DNA of 64,000 bases from a virus, in IMG/VR virus record IMGVR_UViG_3300042507_003741, positions 17,602 through 81,601 of that record; one strand, 5' to 3'. Under the pieces are notes generated by a model. The model was not told the origin of the DNA, made no database searches, and saw only the letters and a list, made by a program, of their open reading frames with translations. A program made the position numbers and the translations under genes. Every line of letters starts with the position of its first letter. Position 1 is the first letter of the stretch. This document shows, piece by piece, positions 19,701 through 28,828 of the stretch.

Positions 19701-20616
19701 AGACTTGCGTCTGCAAGTCCTTGAGCGTCCTGCGTGCAATCGGATCAGTGCTACGCTGCTCGGCAGTGGCAGAACGAATCCGCTCCGCAAGGCTATCAAT
19801 CTTGTCCTGCCGAACCGCGTTGGGCGGGAGGTTGTATCGCGGCGAGGCGGCGTCGGTCGTAATCGGGGTGGCCGAGTTCTCCAGGTCGTCTGCGACATCC
19901 GTCGTGGAAGTCAGGTCACCCGGCGAGCGGCCGAGCACGTTGCCGTACACGTCAACGACCGTGCCGTCATCCACGTACCGAAACTTCTCGCCATCTCCAA
20001 ATGGCTCCAGGCGGCGGCCGCCCACGCCGATCAACTCCTTGCCTTCCTGCGCGAACGGCAACTGCCCGGCCTCCGCAGGCAACATGTCGGGGGCCGCAGT
20101 GGGCGCAGAAGACTGCGGCCGCACGAACGAACGCCGCAGGCCGCCGATCTCCTCTGGCGTGAGGGCGTCGATTCCTGCGACTGCAATCTTGCGGAGAATC
20201 GCCTGCACCTGTGACTGCGGAATCGGCCCCGCCATCACGAGGTCGAGGTCGGCACCGGCCCGCACCAGAGCCAGAACCTCCTCCGGCAGCATGGCCGCCG
20301 GGCCTTGATTGCCCAACTTCTCCAGCAGCCGGTATGTGTCTGGCACGTCTTCCGGGTCGATCTCGCTGAACCGCAGCACGTCATCGGCGGGCAGCGGCGA
20401 GGCGTCAGTCGTGCCAACGCCCTGCGGGCCGCGCGGCAACTCGCCGGGAGTAGGCTCCATGTACAGGGGCGCGCCCTCTACCGGCACGGCACGAGGCTTC
20501 GGGAGGCTCCTCTGCCGGCCTGCCACCAGCACTGCCTCTCGGGCGGCCGCCTCAACTTCGGCCGCACGAACCGCTTGCTGGAGGCGGCGAACCGCGAGTG
20601 TCGATGGAGACGCCAT
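16753..20616 (-). CDS. large putative internal virion protein
   Basis: 1287 aa Ala/Pro-rich with late hydrophobic segment WPWIVGTAAVGGTLGG; syntenic with 55455-56981. Confidence 0.55.
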   Translation of the reverse strand: MASPSTLAVRRLQQAVRAAEVEAAAREAVLVAGRQRSLPKPRAVPVEGAPLYMEPTPGELPRGPQGVGTTDASPLPADDVLRFSEIDPEDVPDTYRLLEKLGNQGPAAMLPEEVLALVRAGADLDLVMAGPIPQSQVQAILRKIAVAGIDALTPEEIGGLRRSFVRPQSSAPTAAPDMLPAEAGQLPFAQEGKELIGVGGRRLEPFGDGEKFRYVDDGTVVDVYGNVLGRSPGDLTSTTDVADDLENSATPITTDAASPRYNLPPNAVRQDKIDSLAERIRSATAEQRSTDPIARRTLKDLQTQVSRLNEAEREALLSHPALAAGIESVDAKRIPERRQAAIAAAQQRLDTLAEMAEVPDATRAGQQLTAARNAREVAAASRAGSADAAAAGVDVRTARQLVEEAMPEGDWNALASAFNAMPAERREAVLARLSSGRSLEPMTGGRGALDPSVFKERRKPGDAPLRLDSGATASRPHPMGLRRGPEDQTAARPFIEKRLSRGTDGPAFDPNAVAELLRGGNEMEQALIRLDTAMRSGDEAAIAAARDVVDDIRTRPADTDEARQAMEEMISGARTSFLQRQQAASELRRAIVGTDPDYLAEQERLLRSSVAPAPRPGIAPGARTPVTVIEDIGQANMPTAFDEGVAVNRAREEALDRRAVGGGMPEEVRKGMFPDGNIPLAFKGDDSATPLEVRPIRERLPDTRDRDAVAAARTAEDSLTAALAEMQSAKGAEALARAQQKVTQAQRELDKLYPPRLVEQRTGRVQRAPAGMRSEDVPKGWVLERGRPAYPDSMLNRESIQSVRDNLVMKLVGRRPRAAYNLNRASDELSAAERAILNADARRQLDATSNVPDDVIPESPDDEVSALGQQGKRGRLGGSRRESDIQQALGALYGTSNPLGRKADTGGFTFVPFETPEQLADDLLAGQTVFKPGDKGFEQDRAAIIRALEDYFGPQNRNESARTVAGKQILREDVAPDLESGTGTSAAAPSQAAPAEPPAKPSRRRGGKSSTAEEAKLEASATDISDIDGDPAPAGKNAASAASRSDEDIIKDIDQEGQEVYDQTYRNYIDMGDGEDEARTSARDAASKYINEQRQLRIKPIKGDAAPASSDPAPASPAPADVDPPAATAATPAAAADAPQADPIKPVRLADEDQIDAPETAIAKKAADDTPQAGQPEAKNKGQKKRGKWPWIVGTAAVGGTLGGLARINSGGGGFIDIPIPAGGSGGGPGGGGGDFYPIPVRDGASVPMDDQLEQEAAIQRALDRIRGSRGGGPQTYQTYQNYLFGR

Positions 20617-20921
20617 TACTTGCCCTTCTTCTTGGCGGGCTTCTCGTCGTCCGCGTCCTCGTCGTCCGACTCCTCTTCCCCTTCGTCTTGCGAGAGTTCC
20701 GGAGGCAGGTCGTCTTTCGTGACGGGGATCGGTGCGGGCTTGCCATTGGTCTGCTCGTGCAGATCAGTGAGTGCCTCACGCTCTTCGTCCGACTTCTCGG
20801 CGTCCTTGCCTTCCGGCTTCTTCCCGGCCTTCGCCAGCATGCTCTTGATGAGTTTGCGAAGTGCCTTCGGCGGCAGGTCTTCCAGATCCAGTTCAGCGGC
20901 GTCCATGCCTTTCTCCTTCAT
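20616..20921 (-). CDS. small acidic/basic protein
   Basis: Homologue of 56974-57231 (L.DL.E...GKP..V.EDDLP). Confidence 0.7.
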   Translation of the reverse strand: MKEKGMDAAELDLEDLPPKALRKLIKSMLAKAGKKPEGKDAEKSDEEREALTDLHEQTNGKPAPIPVTKDDLPPELSQDEGEEESDDEDADDEKPAKKKGK

Positions 20922-21451
20922 TCAAAAAGCCTTCCGAGTAGCGGCGTGTAGTCGAGTTGCTGCTGGTCTAAACCGAACTGCCCCCTGCGGATAGCCTCGT
21001 ACAAGTCCTGTTGCCATCCGCGTCGTTGCTGTTGCTCCATCGCTTTCGTGTTGCGAAGACCCTCAAGCAGTCCCGCATTGGCAAGTCGCTCGTTGGCCTG
21101 CATGCTGTCGGCGGTCTGGCGAGCGACGGCATTGGCATTCGCTGCCGCCATCTCCGTCTGCACAGCACCAGCACTGGCTTGGGCGTCCGCTGCGTCCTGC
21201 GCCATCTGGGCGGCGTACTGCTGACCCTTGCCGCGCGAGACGCCTCGACGGTCTTGGCCCGCCAGTGCGGACTCGCGAGCGCCGTAGCCTGCTGCCATCT
21301 GGTTGTTGACCGCAGACTGCACGGCCGAGTCCGCAATCGCCGGAGGGCGCATGGGGTACTGCGGGGACGCGGCCTGCATGGGCGCCTGCGGCTTTGGCCG
21401 AAACGCTGGCGGGCTGCTCTTGGGCAGGGAGGAGTCCAGGCCAATAGCCAT
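20918..21451 (-). CDS. Ala/Gln-rich putative virion protein
   Basis: Homologue of 57231-57617 (DR.G.SRG.GQ). Confidence 0.65.
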   Translation of the reverse strand: MAIGLDSSLPKSSPPAFRPKPQAPMQAASPQYPMRPPAIADSAVQSAVNNQMAAGYGARESALAGQDRRGVSRGKGQQYAAQMAQDAADAQASAGAVQTEMAAANANAVARQTADSMQANERLANAGLLEGLRNTKAMEQQQRRGWQQDLYEAIRRGQFGLDQQQLDYTPLLGRLFE

Positions 21452-21813
21452 CAGAAGTCCCTCGCCATTCCAGTGAGGAGCGCCTGCTGGAGATTGAGAT
21501 TCCGCCGCTTTTGCATGGCGGCGTAGTCAAAGCCCATGCCCATGTCGAACACGCCGGAGCGGTTTGCGGCGGACCCAGCAGCCACCCGCTCCTGCGAGGC
21601 GTTCGCGGACTGCTGGGCCGAATTGCGGGCCGCCGCCTGCCGCTGCTGGCTCTCGTCCTGCATCTGCTTGAGGGCGAAGTCCTGGTTCTTCTGCTCCCGA
21701 TCCATGTTGAGAGCGGAAGCAGCCTGCATGGCCTGTCCCTTCGCAAGCGGACTCGCCTTGCTGGACAGACCAGACAGCAGCCTGGAGCCGGGAGTGAATC
21801 CGATGGCGTTCAC
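21451..21813 (-). CDS. Gln-rich putative virion protein
   Basis: Syntenic with 57614-57937. Confidence 0.6.
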   Translation of the reverse strand: MNAIGFTPGSRLLSGLSSKASPLAKGQAMQAASALNMDREQKNQDFALKQMQDESQQRQAAARNSAQQSANASQERVAAGSAANRSGVFDMGMGFDYAAMQKRRNLNLQQALLTGMARDF

Positions 21814-21816
21814 GGC

Positions 21817-22143
21817 TCAGTACCTCATCGAGCCGTTCTTGCCGGAAGTGAAGCCGTACGAATACTGGCCGTCGCCCTGCCCGATCTTCTTCATCAAACC
21901 GTCCAGGACGCCGTACTTGCGCTCCTGTGACTGGCGGGCAGTCTGCGAGTCGTACATGCGGCGCTGCGACTCTTGCTGCTGGAGTCCGCGCTCGTACATC
22001 TCGCGCTCGTAGTCAGGCGACTGCTGGTACGCCTGCATCTGCTTGTTGCGAGCCAACTGTGCGGAGACTTCGTTGTAGCCGTACCCCGCCTGCGGAGCGG
22101 AGGCGCCGTGATTGAAGCCAGAGAAAGAACCTGCGTACGCCAT
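21817..22143 (-). CDS. hypothetical protein
   Basis: ATG with GGAGGG RBS. Confidence 0.6.
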   Translation of the reverse strand: MAYAGSFSGFNHGASAPQAGYGYNEVSAQLARNKQMQAYQQSPDYEREMYERGLQQQESQRRMYDSQTARQSQERKYGVLDGLMKKIGQGDGQYSYGFTSGKNGSMRY

Positions 22144-22159
22144 AACCCCTCCCTGCGTT

Positions 22160-22789
22160 TCAACCAAAGTCCTGCATCAACACAGAACCGTCGGGCAAGC
22201 CGAAGGGGTTCTGGAGCCGCGCATGCTGTTCCCTGGCTTCTTGGCCGTAGTCGTAGAGGTGCATGGATCGGGCACCGCCTCGACGGAGGAAGTCAGCGAC
22301 AGGGCTCTGCGTCTGCGGAGGCGTGGCCGCCGCCGGTGGCCTTCTTTGCGGCGGCTGCTGCTTGGGCTGCTGCTTGGGCGGGCCGGCAGGTTGGCCGTCT
22401 CCGTCCGCGACCACAGGCGCCGCTGGCTTCCGGTTCGGGTCGTCCATCCCCTGCCAAGTGCCGCCTCCGGCAGAAGCGCTGCCCGACGAGGTTTCGGATG
22501 TGACGCGAACCAGAGGCGACAGGCTCTGGCCCGGATCGCGCTCCGACGCTGCCGGGAGGTGGGCGCGCACGGCCTTGACCAAATCGCGCACCTTGTTGCC
22601 CGCCGTTACCGCACTGGGGTCGCCTCTGAAGTTGGCCTCAAACTTGGCGTCCCTCAATGCACCAATCGCGTCCTGCTTTTTCGCCAGATCGTCCAGTCCG
22701 CTGTAGTCATAGGACTTGCTGGAACTGGACTGCGAAGACGCCGGCGAGGCGGTGTACGCAGTCAGCAACTCGGGAAGTCGTAAAGCCAT
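22160..22789 (-). CDS. hypothetical low-complexity protein
   Basis: First gene after promoter motif at 22806. Confidence 0.55.
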   Translation of the reverse strand: MALRLPELLTAYTASPASSQSSSSKSYDYSGLDDLAKKQDAIGALRDAKFEANFRGDPSAVTAGNKVRDLVKAVRAHLPAASERDPGQSLSPLVRVTSETSSGSASAGGGTWQGMDDPNRKPAAPVVADGDGQPAGPPKQQPKQQPPQRRPPAAATPPQTQSPVADFLRRGGARSMHLYDYGQEAREQHARLQNPFGLPDGSVLMQDFG

Positions 22790-22805
22790 GCCTAGCCTCT
22801 CTACG

Positions 22806-22816
22806 GATTTATGTCC
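22806..22816 (-). promoter_or_regulatory. putative late-promoter motif GGACATAAATC
   Basis: Intergenic, ~16 nt upstream of ATG; recurrent motif. Confidence 0.55.
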
Positions 22817-22825
22817 GCAGATTGG

Positions 22826-23248
22826 CTAGTGAGCGGCGGCCTTTCTGGCCCGCCGGATGGCTAGGAGAACCGCCTGCCGGGCGACGGTCGCCGAGAACGG
22901 GAGGTGCCTGCGGCCCGCTTCCTCCCGCAGCCATCCCACGATCTCGTCCAGGCGTGTCTCGCACTCATCCGCCCCCCAGACGTCCATCTGGGCGGCTCGG
23001 GCGTTGCACGGGCAGGTCGGGGTGGCGGTGATGCCGACGAGCCGGAGGAGTTTCTTGAGTTCTGTGCCTGGACCGCCGGGCGTCTGGGTGATCGGCAGCG
23101 CCCTCGTGACGCGCGGATAATCCTGGTGCGTCTCATCGACCGTGACTGTGGCGCCGTCCTGGCTGACGATGCAGCCACGCACCTCGTCAAGCGTGTAGCC
23201 GCGCTCGCGGCAGCGAGCATCAAAATGTGAGCGGAGTCCGGTGATCAT
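22826..23248 (-). CDS. hypothetical Cys-containing phage protein
   Basis: GPGTELKKLL..GI..CPC..RA..MD.WG motif; coupled to upstream gene. Confidence 0.65.
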   Translation of the reverse strand: MITGLRSHFDARCRERGYTLDEVRGCIVSQDGATVTVDETHQDYPRVTRALPITQTPGGPGTELKKLLRLVGITATPTCPCNARAAQMDVWGADECETRLDEIVGWLREEAGRRHLPFSATVARQAVLLAIRRARKAAAH

Positions 23249-24072
23249 GGGAAGGGGTTGAAGTCTCCGCAAGGCATGCAATCACTTGCCGCATCAGAAA
23301 ACTGCACCCATACGCCGCACGGCGTGTAGCCAGGAATGTTCGGTGGCCCGGTCCCTGCGGGAATGCAAAACGTATTGCAGTTAGGGACGAGGCCGGGACA
23401 GTCGGTGCAGTCGTTCCATATCTCGTTGGGCGGCTCAACGCACAGACCTACGCATTGTCCGTTCACGCAATCGCATCCAGGCCCGCAATCCCCCATGGAC
23501 TCGCAAGGGCCGGAGCATGGCGGGGCGCAAAGGTCAATCCCAAGAGCGTCCGCGCACGCCTGCATTTGCGTGGACTGCGGTGGCGTGTACGCAGAGAAGT
23601 TGGCGCACCCCGTCGCCTCCACGCCTACCGGGCAGTTGTCGCCGCCGGTGTAGGACAGCGAAGACACGCACTCGTCGCAACTATCCACGACTCTGGTGCG
23701 AAAGTAGTACTGCTGGCGTGGGTACATCGTGTCCGGGTTTTCTGTCGGCAGCGCGGAATCTTCTAGGCACCACTGGCCCGGCCACTGAGGCAGCGCCGCA
23801 GCGTCTGCCGCGCACGCGGCGATACCCAACCCGGCTTCGCAATTCCATCCGCTGACCCGCACCACATCCGCAGGCTGGGCTGGGATGTTGTCAATCGTAG
23901 AGGTTTCGCAATCCAACTCGGTGTTGTAGGAGGCTTGGTACGTCGAGTACACGGTTTCGTGGCAGATGTAGCGATATTCGCACGGAGACTCGCAGCAGCA
24001 GGCAGCATTGGCCGCCAAGCCTCCGCCCCTGACTAGCAGCACGCCGTTGTTGAGATAGAGCGGCACCGTCAA
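23245..24072 (-). CDS. Cys-rich putative tail/receptor-binding accessory protein
   Basis: Many cysteines; N-terminal LYL.NG.LL..GGLA..ACCC motif; follows tail genes. Confidence 0.55.
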   Translation of the reverse strand: MTVPLYLNNGVLLVRGGGLAANAACCCESPCEYRYICHETVYSTYQASYNTELDCETSTIDNIPAQPADVVRVSGWNCEAGLGIAACAADAAALPQWPGQWCLEDSALPTENPDTMYPRQQYYFRTRVVDSCDECVSSLSYTGGDNCPVGVEATGCANFSAYTPPQSTQMQACADALGIDLCAPPCSGPCESMGDCGPGCDCVNGQCVGLCVEPPNEIWNDCTDCPGLVPNCNTFCIPAGTGPPNIPGYTPCGVWVQFSDAASDCMPCGDFNPFP

Positions 24073-25496
24073 CCCCCAGTCGGGCAGTCGGAAATCGGGA
24101 TCACAAGGTTCTCGGCCGGATCGCCCTCAGCAAGCACGTACAGGTTCTTGCGAGAGAACTCCAGGCCGGAGGCAGTCAGGGCAACGTCCGTCAGCACCGT
24201 GACCAGATGCGACCGCCACGTCAGGCAGGGGTCCGCCCCCTCAGATGCAGTGACGTACGACAGCGCCGAAGGCAGGTCGCTGTCGTAGCCAGACAGGTCA
24301 TCGACCTTGATCCCGACGAGCGAACTGAACGCCGTGCAGTGTGCGGCCGGCTGAATCTCAAGGGCGTAATACTCGACCTCTGGGGCGTTCACACCATCGG
24401 GCTCCGCCTCGACGTACTCGCCGTTCACGTCGAACAACGGCGGCCCAGACATCACGGCGGCGGGGTCGTCTCGCTCGGTAGATTCCGGCTCCGGGTCGGG
24501 CGGGGCTGGGGCGGCCTGGACGCGATCTTTCGTGCGGGCTGCGAACAGGACGTGCTTTTCCTCGTCCGTGTCCGCAATCGGGGTGGTCTGATTGAGAACA
24601 TCCACCTCCAGTTCAGACTCGGGCCACACCTGCTCGACGGACTTGGTGTCTCCGACGGCCCATCCGCCCGTAAACTTGCCGACCCGGAACGTGTTGAAAT
24701 AGGTGTTGGCGTCTCCGCGTGACGAGAAGACAGGGATGATCCTGCGGCGGCCGCGAAGCCCCTTGCGGTCCTCGACGATCTCGGTCACGACCGTCTGGGG
24801 CGTGACAGGAATCGTGTCCACTCGCTCCTTGCGCTCGTTCCACGCCTTGATGCGCTCGTAGGTGACCTCCAGCCCTCTGCCGTCGATGAACTCGACCTTC
24901 GTCACTACGTCGTACTCGGAGCGGTTGAGCATCTGGAGGTTCCAGAGCACCTCCCGGCCCGTCTCTTGGATGTCGAGGCGCGCCGTGCCGTCGTTGTGCC
25001 CGACCTGCGCGCGTGGGGCTTTGCCAACGAGTTGATTCGCCTGCGAGTCCAGCATCGCCACCGGCAGGCCATTGGCGGGTCGGCCGGCGACGACGTTGCG
25101 GACGCTGACTTGTGCGGCCTGACCATTGCCGGCCACGTCCGTCAGCGAGCCAGGAGCAACACGGAACTGGGCAGGCGCCTGCTGCGGTATCGCCACCGGG
25201 ACCACGTTCGGCTCCGGCTCTTTCTCGGGCCGCTGCTCGGACGGGGCGGTCCGCTGCGGCCGGTGGTCGGGATCGGCAGGGCGAAAGTCGAGATTCGGGA
25301 ATCGCAAGCGCCGCTTCTCGGGCGTCACCATCCGCATGTCGGCTGGGGTGCTGTCGATCTCCACCGGCCCGGCGTGCCGCATCTCCTGAGCGCTGTTGCC
25401 CAAGATGCTGGCAATCTGCGTGGCGGCGTCAGGCGACAGCCCGGCCGACACGAGCGCCTTCCGCAACTGCTGCCGCTGTTCGCTGAATCCGGCCAT
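24069..25496 (-). CDS. putative tail protein
   Basis: Follows tail hub; weak N-terminal similarity to 58952-59704 (M.H.GPV). Confidence 0.5.
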   Translation of the reverse strand: MAGFSEQRQQLRKALVSAGLSPDAATQIASILGNSAQEMRHAGPVEIDSTPADMRMVTPEKRRLRFPNLDFRPADPDHRPQRTAPSEQRPEKEPEPNVVPVAIPQQAPAQFRVAPGSLTDVAGNGQAAQVSVRNVVAGRPANGLPVAMLDSQANQLVGKAPRAQVGHNDGTARLDIQETGREVLWNLQMLNRSEYDVVTKVEFIDGRGLEVTYERIKAWNERKERVDTIPVTPQTVVTEIVEDRKGLRGRRRIIPVFSSRGDANTYFNTFRVGKFTGGWAVGDTKSVEQVWPESELEVDVLNQTTPIADTDEEKHVLFAARTKDRVQAAPAPPDPEPESTERDDPAAVMSGPPLFDVNGEYVEAEPDGVNAPEVEYYALEIQPAAHCTAFSSLVGIKVDDLSGYDSDLPSALSYVTASEGADPCLTWRSHLVTVLTDVALTASGLEFSRKNLYVLAEGDPAENLVIPISDCPTGG

Positions 25497-25500
25497 GCGG

Positions 25501-28461
25501 CTACCCTCCGGACGCCGTGCCGTACACGTCGAGGGCGTAGACGATGACGGGATCGGCGTTCTTGCTGGCGCCGATCAGTTCGACGGCCACATGACGATCA
25601 GAGGACTGGATGTCGTCCATGCTGCGACTGGCGAACGCCGCCTTCGCCACGCCGCTGTCGTAGCCAGTCCGCGTAGTCTGTGCCGCCATGTCCAGGCGGG
25701 ATGCACCATCAACGGTGCTGGCCGTAAAGCCCACGCCGCGATTGCGGTTGGCGACGTTGGGGCGAGCGTGCGCCGAGTTGTTGTAGTAGAGGCGTGCTGC
25801 GATGTCGCACTTCGCGGACTGGGGCTTGTAGGTCAGGCTGACATCGCGCGACTGCCCGGAGCCACCGCCCTTGGCGTTCATGTCCGTTGGAAAAGCACGG
25901 TTACCCGTCTTGTAGCGATACACAGGGAACATCGAGCCGGTGGCGGCGACAAAGGTGGCCGTCGCCTGGACGGGTGCCGCGCAGTTCGGGTCGTCGGGAG
26001 CCGAGACGGTAACGGAGCCGCTGGAGTACCCGTGCCCTTGATGCAGAATCCAGATGCCGCTGACCTGCCCTTCGGCGTTGATAACAGCCTGGAGTTCTGC
26101 CCCCACGCCGCCGGAGACGGTCACGGTCGGAGGCGTGCGATACCCCGCCCCCTTGTTCGTGATGGTCACGGTGGAGATGGCCCCGACTGCCGAGTCCAGT
26201 CGCCCTTCGTCGAGCAGGAAGGCACCGCTCGACGCCCCATAGACGCAGCGGTAGTCTCCGTTCGACATCGGGACTGCGGCACCAGCGGAGATCCGCTGCG
26301 GATACCGTTCCATCCACCACGTATTGGTGTCGATGGAGTAGCACAGGGCACGGGTCGGATATCCCGTCGAAACGTCGGCCTTGAATGCTACGAATACCCG
26401 CACGACCTTGCGGACGGCATCCACGAGGACGAAGTTCCATCCCTTGCGGCCCAGAGCCCAGTCCACTTGCGTGCGAAAGATGTCGTCAATGGGGGCCGAC
26501 AAGTCCTTGAACTCACCCTGCGGCGAGATCGAGTACACGCCGTACTGATCCAGCACGTAGCAGACCCCTGCATAGATGTCCCAGCACCGCTGGCCGGAGC
26601 AACCCCTGTTGGCAATCGGCGACACGTCGGCATCCCGAAGCGGCTGCTTGCTGTACGACAGCGAGTAGGCGTGCCGCGACTGCATGATGAGCATGGAGCC
26701 GCCAAACGGGATCAAGGCCGTGATGGCGTCACCGTCCCTCGCGTTCTGCTGAAGCACGAGTTCGTTGATGTCAGGAACGCTCTCCGGCTCGTCCACCTCC
26801 GAAAAGTAGATCGAGTTCGGCTCGGCCCCGCCCGTGTCCACGCCGTACCAGAAGCGGTCCTGGTAGCGCACGACGACGGCCTTGTCGTTCGGCGGCGGCT
26901 TGAACCGCATGGCGTTTAGATCGCCGTTTGGCAGCACAATGGGCATGGCTGCATACCCCACCCGGTCCGGATTCCGCACCTCCTCGTCGGTTAGGTCATC
27001 GGTGAGCGTGGCTTCGGTGCCAACCCGGTAGAGCATGAGGGCTTGGTCGCCCGTTGTCCGCCACAACTCCACCGTGAGCGTGCGGCCATCCGTATTGCTC
27101 GGCCCGGTCACGCTCCACGCCATCGACTGCGCCCCCTCTCCTGCGTCCACCTCCAGGACGGGAGACAGATTGCTGGGAATCGGACCGCCACTGGCAACTG
27201 GCGTGTTGTCTACATAGCGGTAGTAGCACTGGTACTTGCCACGCAGGTGCGGGCGGGCCACTGCAAACGCTTCCGCCCCGCCTGCGACAGCAGACACCTG
27301 CGGGAGCGTCTTGTAGCCGCCGCCGCCAGACTCTAGCGATACGGATGAGATCGCCCCGTTGGTCACCTTGCATGTGGCGTATGCGCCAAAGCCTGACGCC
27401 GACGTGATCTGGATCTCCGGAGCAACCACGTATCCGCTGCCGGCGTTTGTGATGGTGATGGACTTGATGGAGAATCGCGGCGTGGACGTGTTGTTGGCGT
27501 GGCCCGGCGGATAGCCTTCGATGATGATCGTCTTGTTGGCCGGCAGCGCACCACGCGCGCCTGTGGTGGCGTTCCATGAGGAACCGCTGGTGATCTCGAT
27601 CCGCACTGGGTCGGTCTGCGAGTATCCTGTGCCGGCGGTTTTGGCCGTGACGGACCGGACAAACGGCGACTCTGACCAAAACACGAACGGCGTGCTGCCG
27701 ACGCACTGCGTCTCCAGGACTCGCTGCCCGTAGAAGTTCACTCGCGCCACTGCGCCAGTGCCTGTGGCGCCGCTCACGGTGTACGTCAGCGTGGTCGTGA
27801 CCGGCACATAACTGGTCAGGTTACTCGGCCCCAGACCGCATGCGTTGTGGTAGACCGAGACTGTGCGTGCCACAGACCCGCTGCCATTGGTCAGCGGAAT
27901 ATCGACTGCCCCCCATGCGGCGTACACGGTGCGCTGGCTTGCGATGTAGTCGGTTTCGTCATCGAACGGCGGCCCTTGCAGCATCTCGTAGTGCGTGATG
28001 GAGCCGGGATTGGGGGGCGTGCCGTCCATGACGGGAGTTAGCACGGCTCCCGTCCCGTGCGTGGTACTGAGGACGATGGGCGGAGGAGCCGGGTAGTGCT
28101 TGCCGCCGTCCGTCACAACCAGTTCGCTGACGACCGACTGGTTGAGGTAGGACTGGGCCTTTGCGGCCCGATAGCCGGCCGGAGGAGATGCGGGGGCGGT
28201 GAACGTCACGGACGGGGCGGCGTTGTATACGGCACCGGGCTTGTGAACATCGGCGCGGGCGACGTAGTACCGCTTCGTGGTGTTCAGCGTGATCGTCGGT
28301 GCGGTCGCTGGGGGCACGATGCCAGCGTTCGTGGATGTGCCGACCCCATTCCATCGCTTGGGCTGGATGCCCAATCCCTGCGCGATAATCAGTTCGCCGT
28401 AGCGACCCTGCGCGCACGAAATCGGATGCGACGTACTGAAGCCGGATGCAATGACGGTCAC
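25501..28461 (-). CDS. tail hub/nozzle-like (phage stabilisation) protein with GxGY repeats
   Basis: [25 protein letters not shown]; repeated T..G.GY..P.V motifs; homologue of 59704-62328. Confidence 0.7.
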   Translation of the reverse strand: MTVIASGFSTSHPISCAQGRYGELIIAQGLGIQPKRWNGVGTSTNAGIVPPATAPTITLNTTKRYYVARADVHKPGAVYNAAPSVTFTAPASPPAGYRAAKAQSYLNQSVVSELVVTDGGKHYPAPPPIVLSTTHGTGAVLTPVMDGTPPNPGSITHYEMLQGPPFDDETDYIASQRTVYAAWGAVDIPLTNGSGSVARTVSVYHNACGLGPSNLTSYVPVTTTLTYTVSGATGTGAVARVNFYGQRVLETQCVGSTPFVFWSESPFVRSVTAKTAGTGYSQTDPVRIEITSGSSWNATTGARGALPANKTIIIEGYPPGHANNTSTPRFSIKSITITNAGSGYVVAPEIQITSASGFGAYATCKVTNGAISSVSLESGGGGYKTLPQVSAVAGGAEAFAVARPHLRGKYQCYYRYVDNTPVASGGPIPSNLSPVLEVDAGEGAQSMAWSVTGPSNTDGRTLTVELWRTTGDQALMLYRVGTEATLTDDLTDEEVRNPDRVGYAAMPIVLPNGDLNAMRFKPPPNDKAVVVRYQDRFWYGVDTGGAEPNSIYFSEVDEPESVPDINELVLQQNARDGDAITALIPFGGSMLIMQSRHAYSLSYSKQPLRDADVSPIANRGCSGQRCWDIYAGVCYVLDQYGVYSISPQGEFKDLSAPIDDIFRTQVDWALGRKGWNFVLVDAVRKVVRVFVAFKADVSTGYPTRALCYSIDTNTWWMERYPQRISAGAAVPMSNGDYRCVYGASSGAFLLDEGRLDSAVGAISTVTITNKGAGYRTPPTVTVSGGVGAELQAVINAEGQVSGIWILHQGHGYSSGSVTVSAPDDPNCAAPVQATATFVAATGSMFPVYRYKTGNRAFPTDMNAKGGGSGQSRDVSLTYKPQSAKCDIAARLYYNNSAHARPNVANRNRGVGFTASTVDGASRLDMAAQTTRTGYDSGVAKAAFASRSMDDIQSSDRHVAVELIGASKNADPVIVYALDVYGTASGG

Positions 28462-28826
28462 GACGGCGGCTCCCCTGCGTGGTCGTGGAACGTCCCCGTG
28501 TAACTGCTCTGCACCTGCCCAGAGGACGGAGACAGCGATGGGTCAATGGGGCTCGACAGGGCTGTGCCGTACGCTGGCGTTGCCAATGACCGCACTTGTC
28601 CAGAAGCGTCCAGGACAATCATCTTGGCGGCGTTGCCGAAGATGTATGGATAGCAGTCCCGGATTTCTGGGGCCGCGCTCGCGAACGACACCGGCCGCAT
28701 GCCGCCGCGACTGGTGAGTTGGCCGGGAGTTGCCGTGACGATATTGGTCTGCTCGACGGCAGCGCCCGCAGGGATGGCATACGGGCTGGCGTTTGTGACC
28801 AGTCCTGCCCACATCGCTTCGGCCAC
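28458..28826 (-). CDS. small tail protein, likely N-terminal part of split hub
   Basis: [10 protein letters not shown] shared with 62328-62597. Confidence 0.65.
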   Translation of the reverse strand: MAEAMWAGLVTNASPYAIPAGAAVEQTNIVTATPGQLTSRGGMRPVSFASAAPEIRDCYPYIFGNAAKMIVLDASGQVRSLATPAYGTALSSPIDPSLSPSSGQVQSSYTGTFHDHAGEPPS

Positions 28827-28828
28827 GA

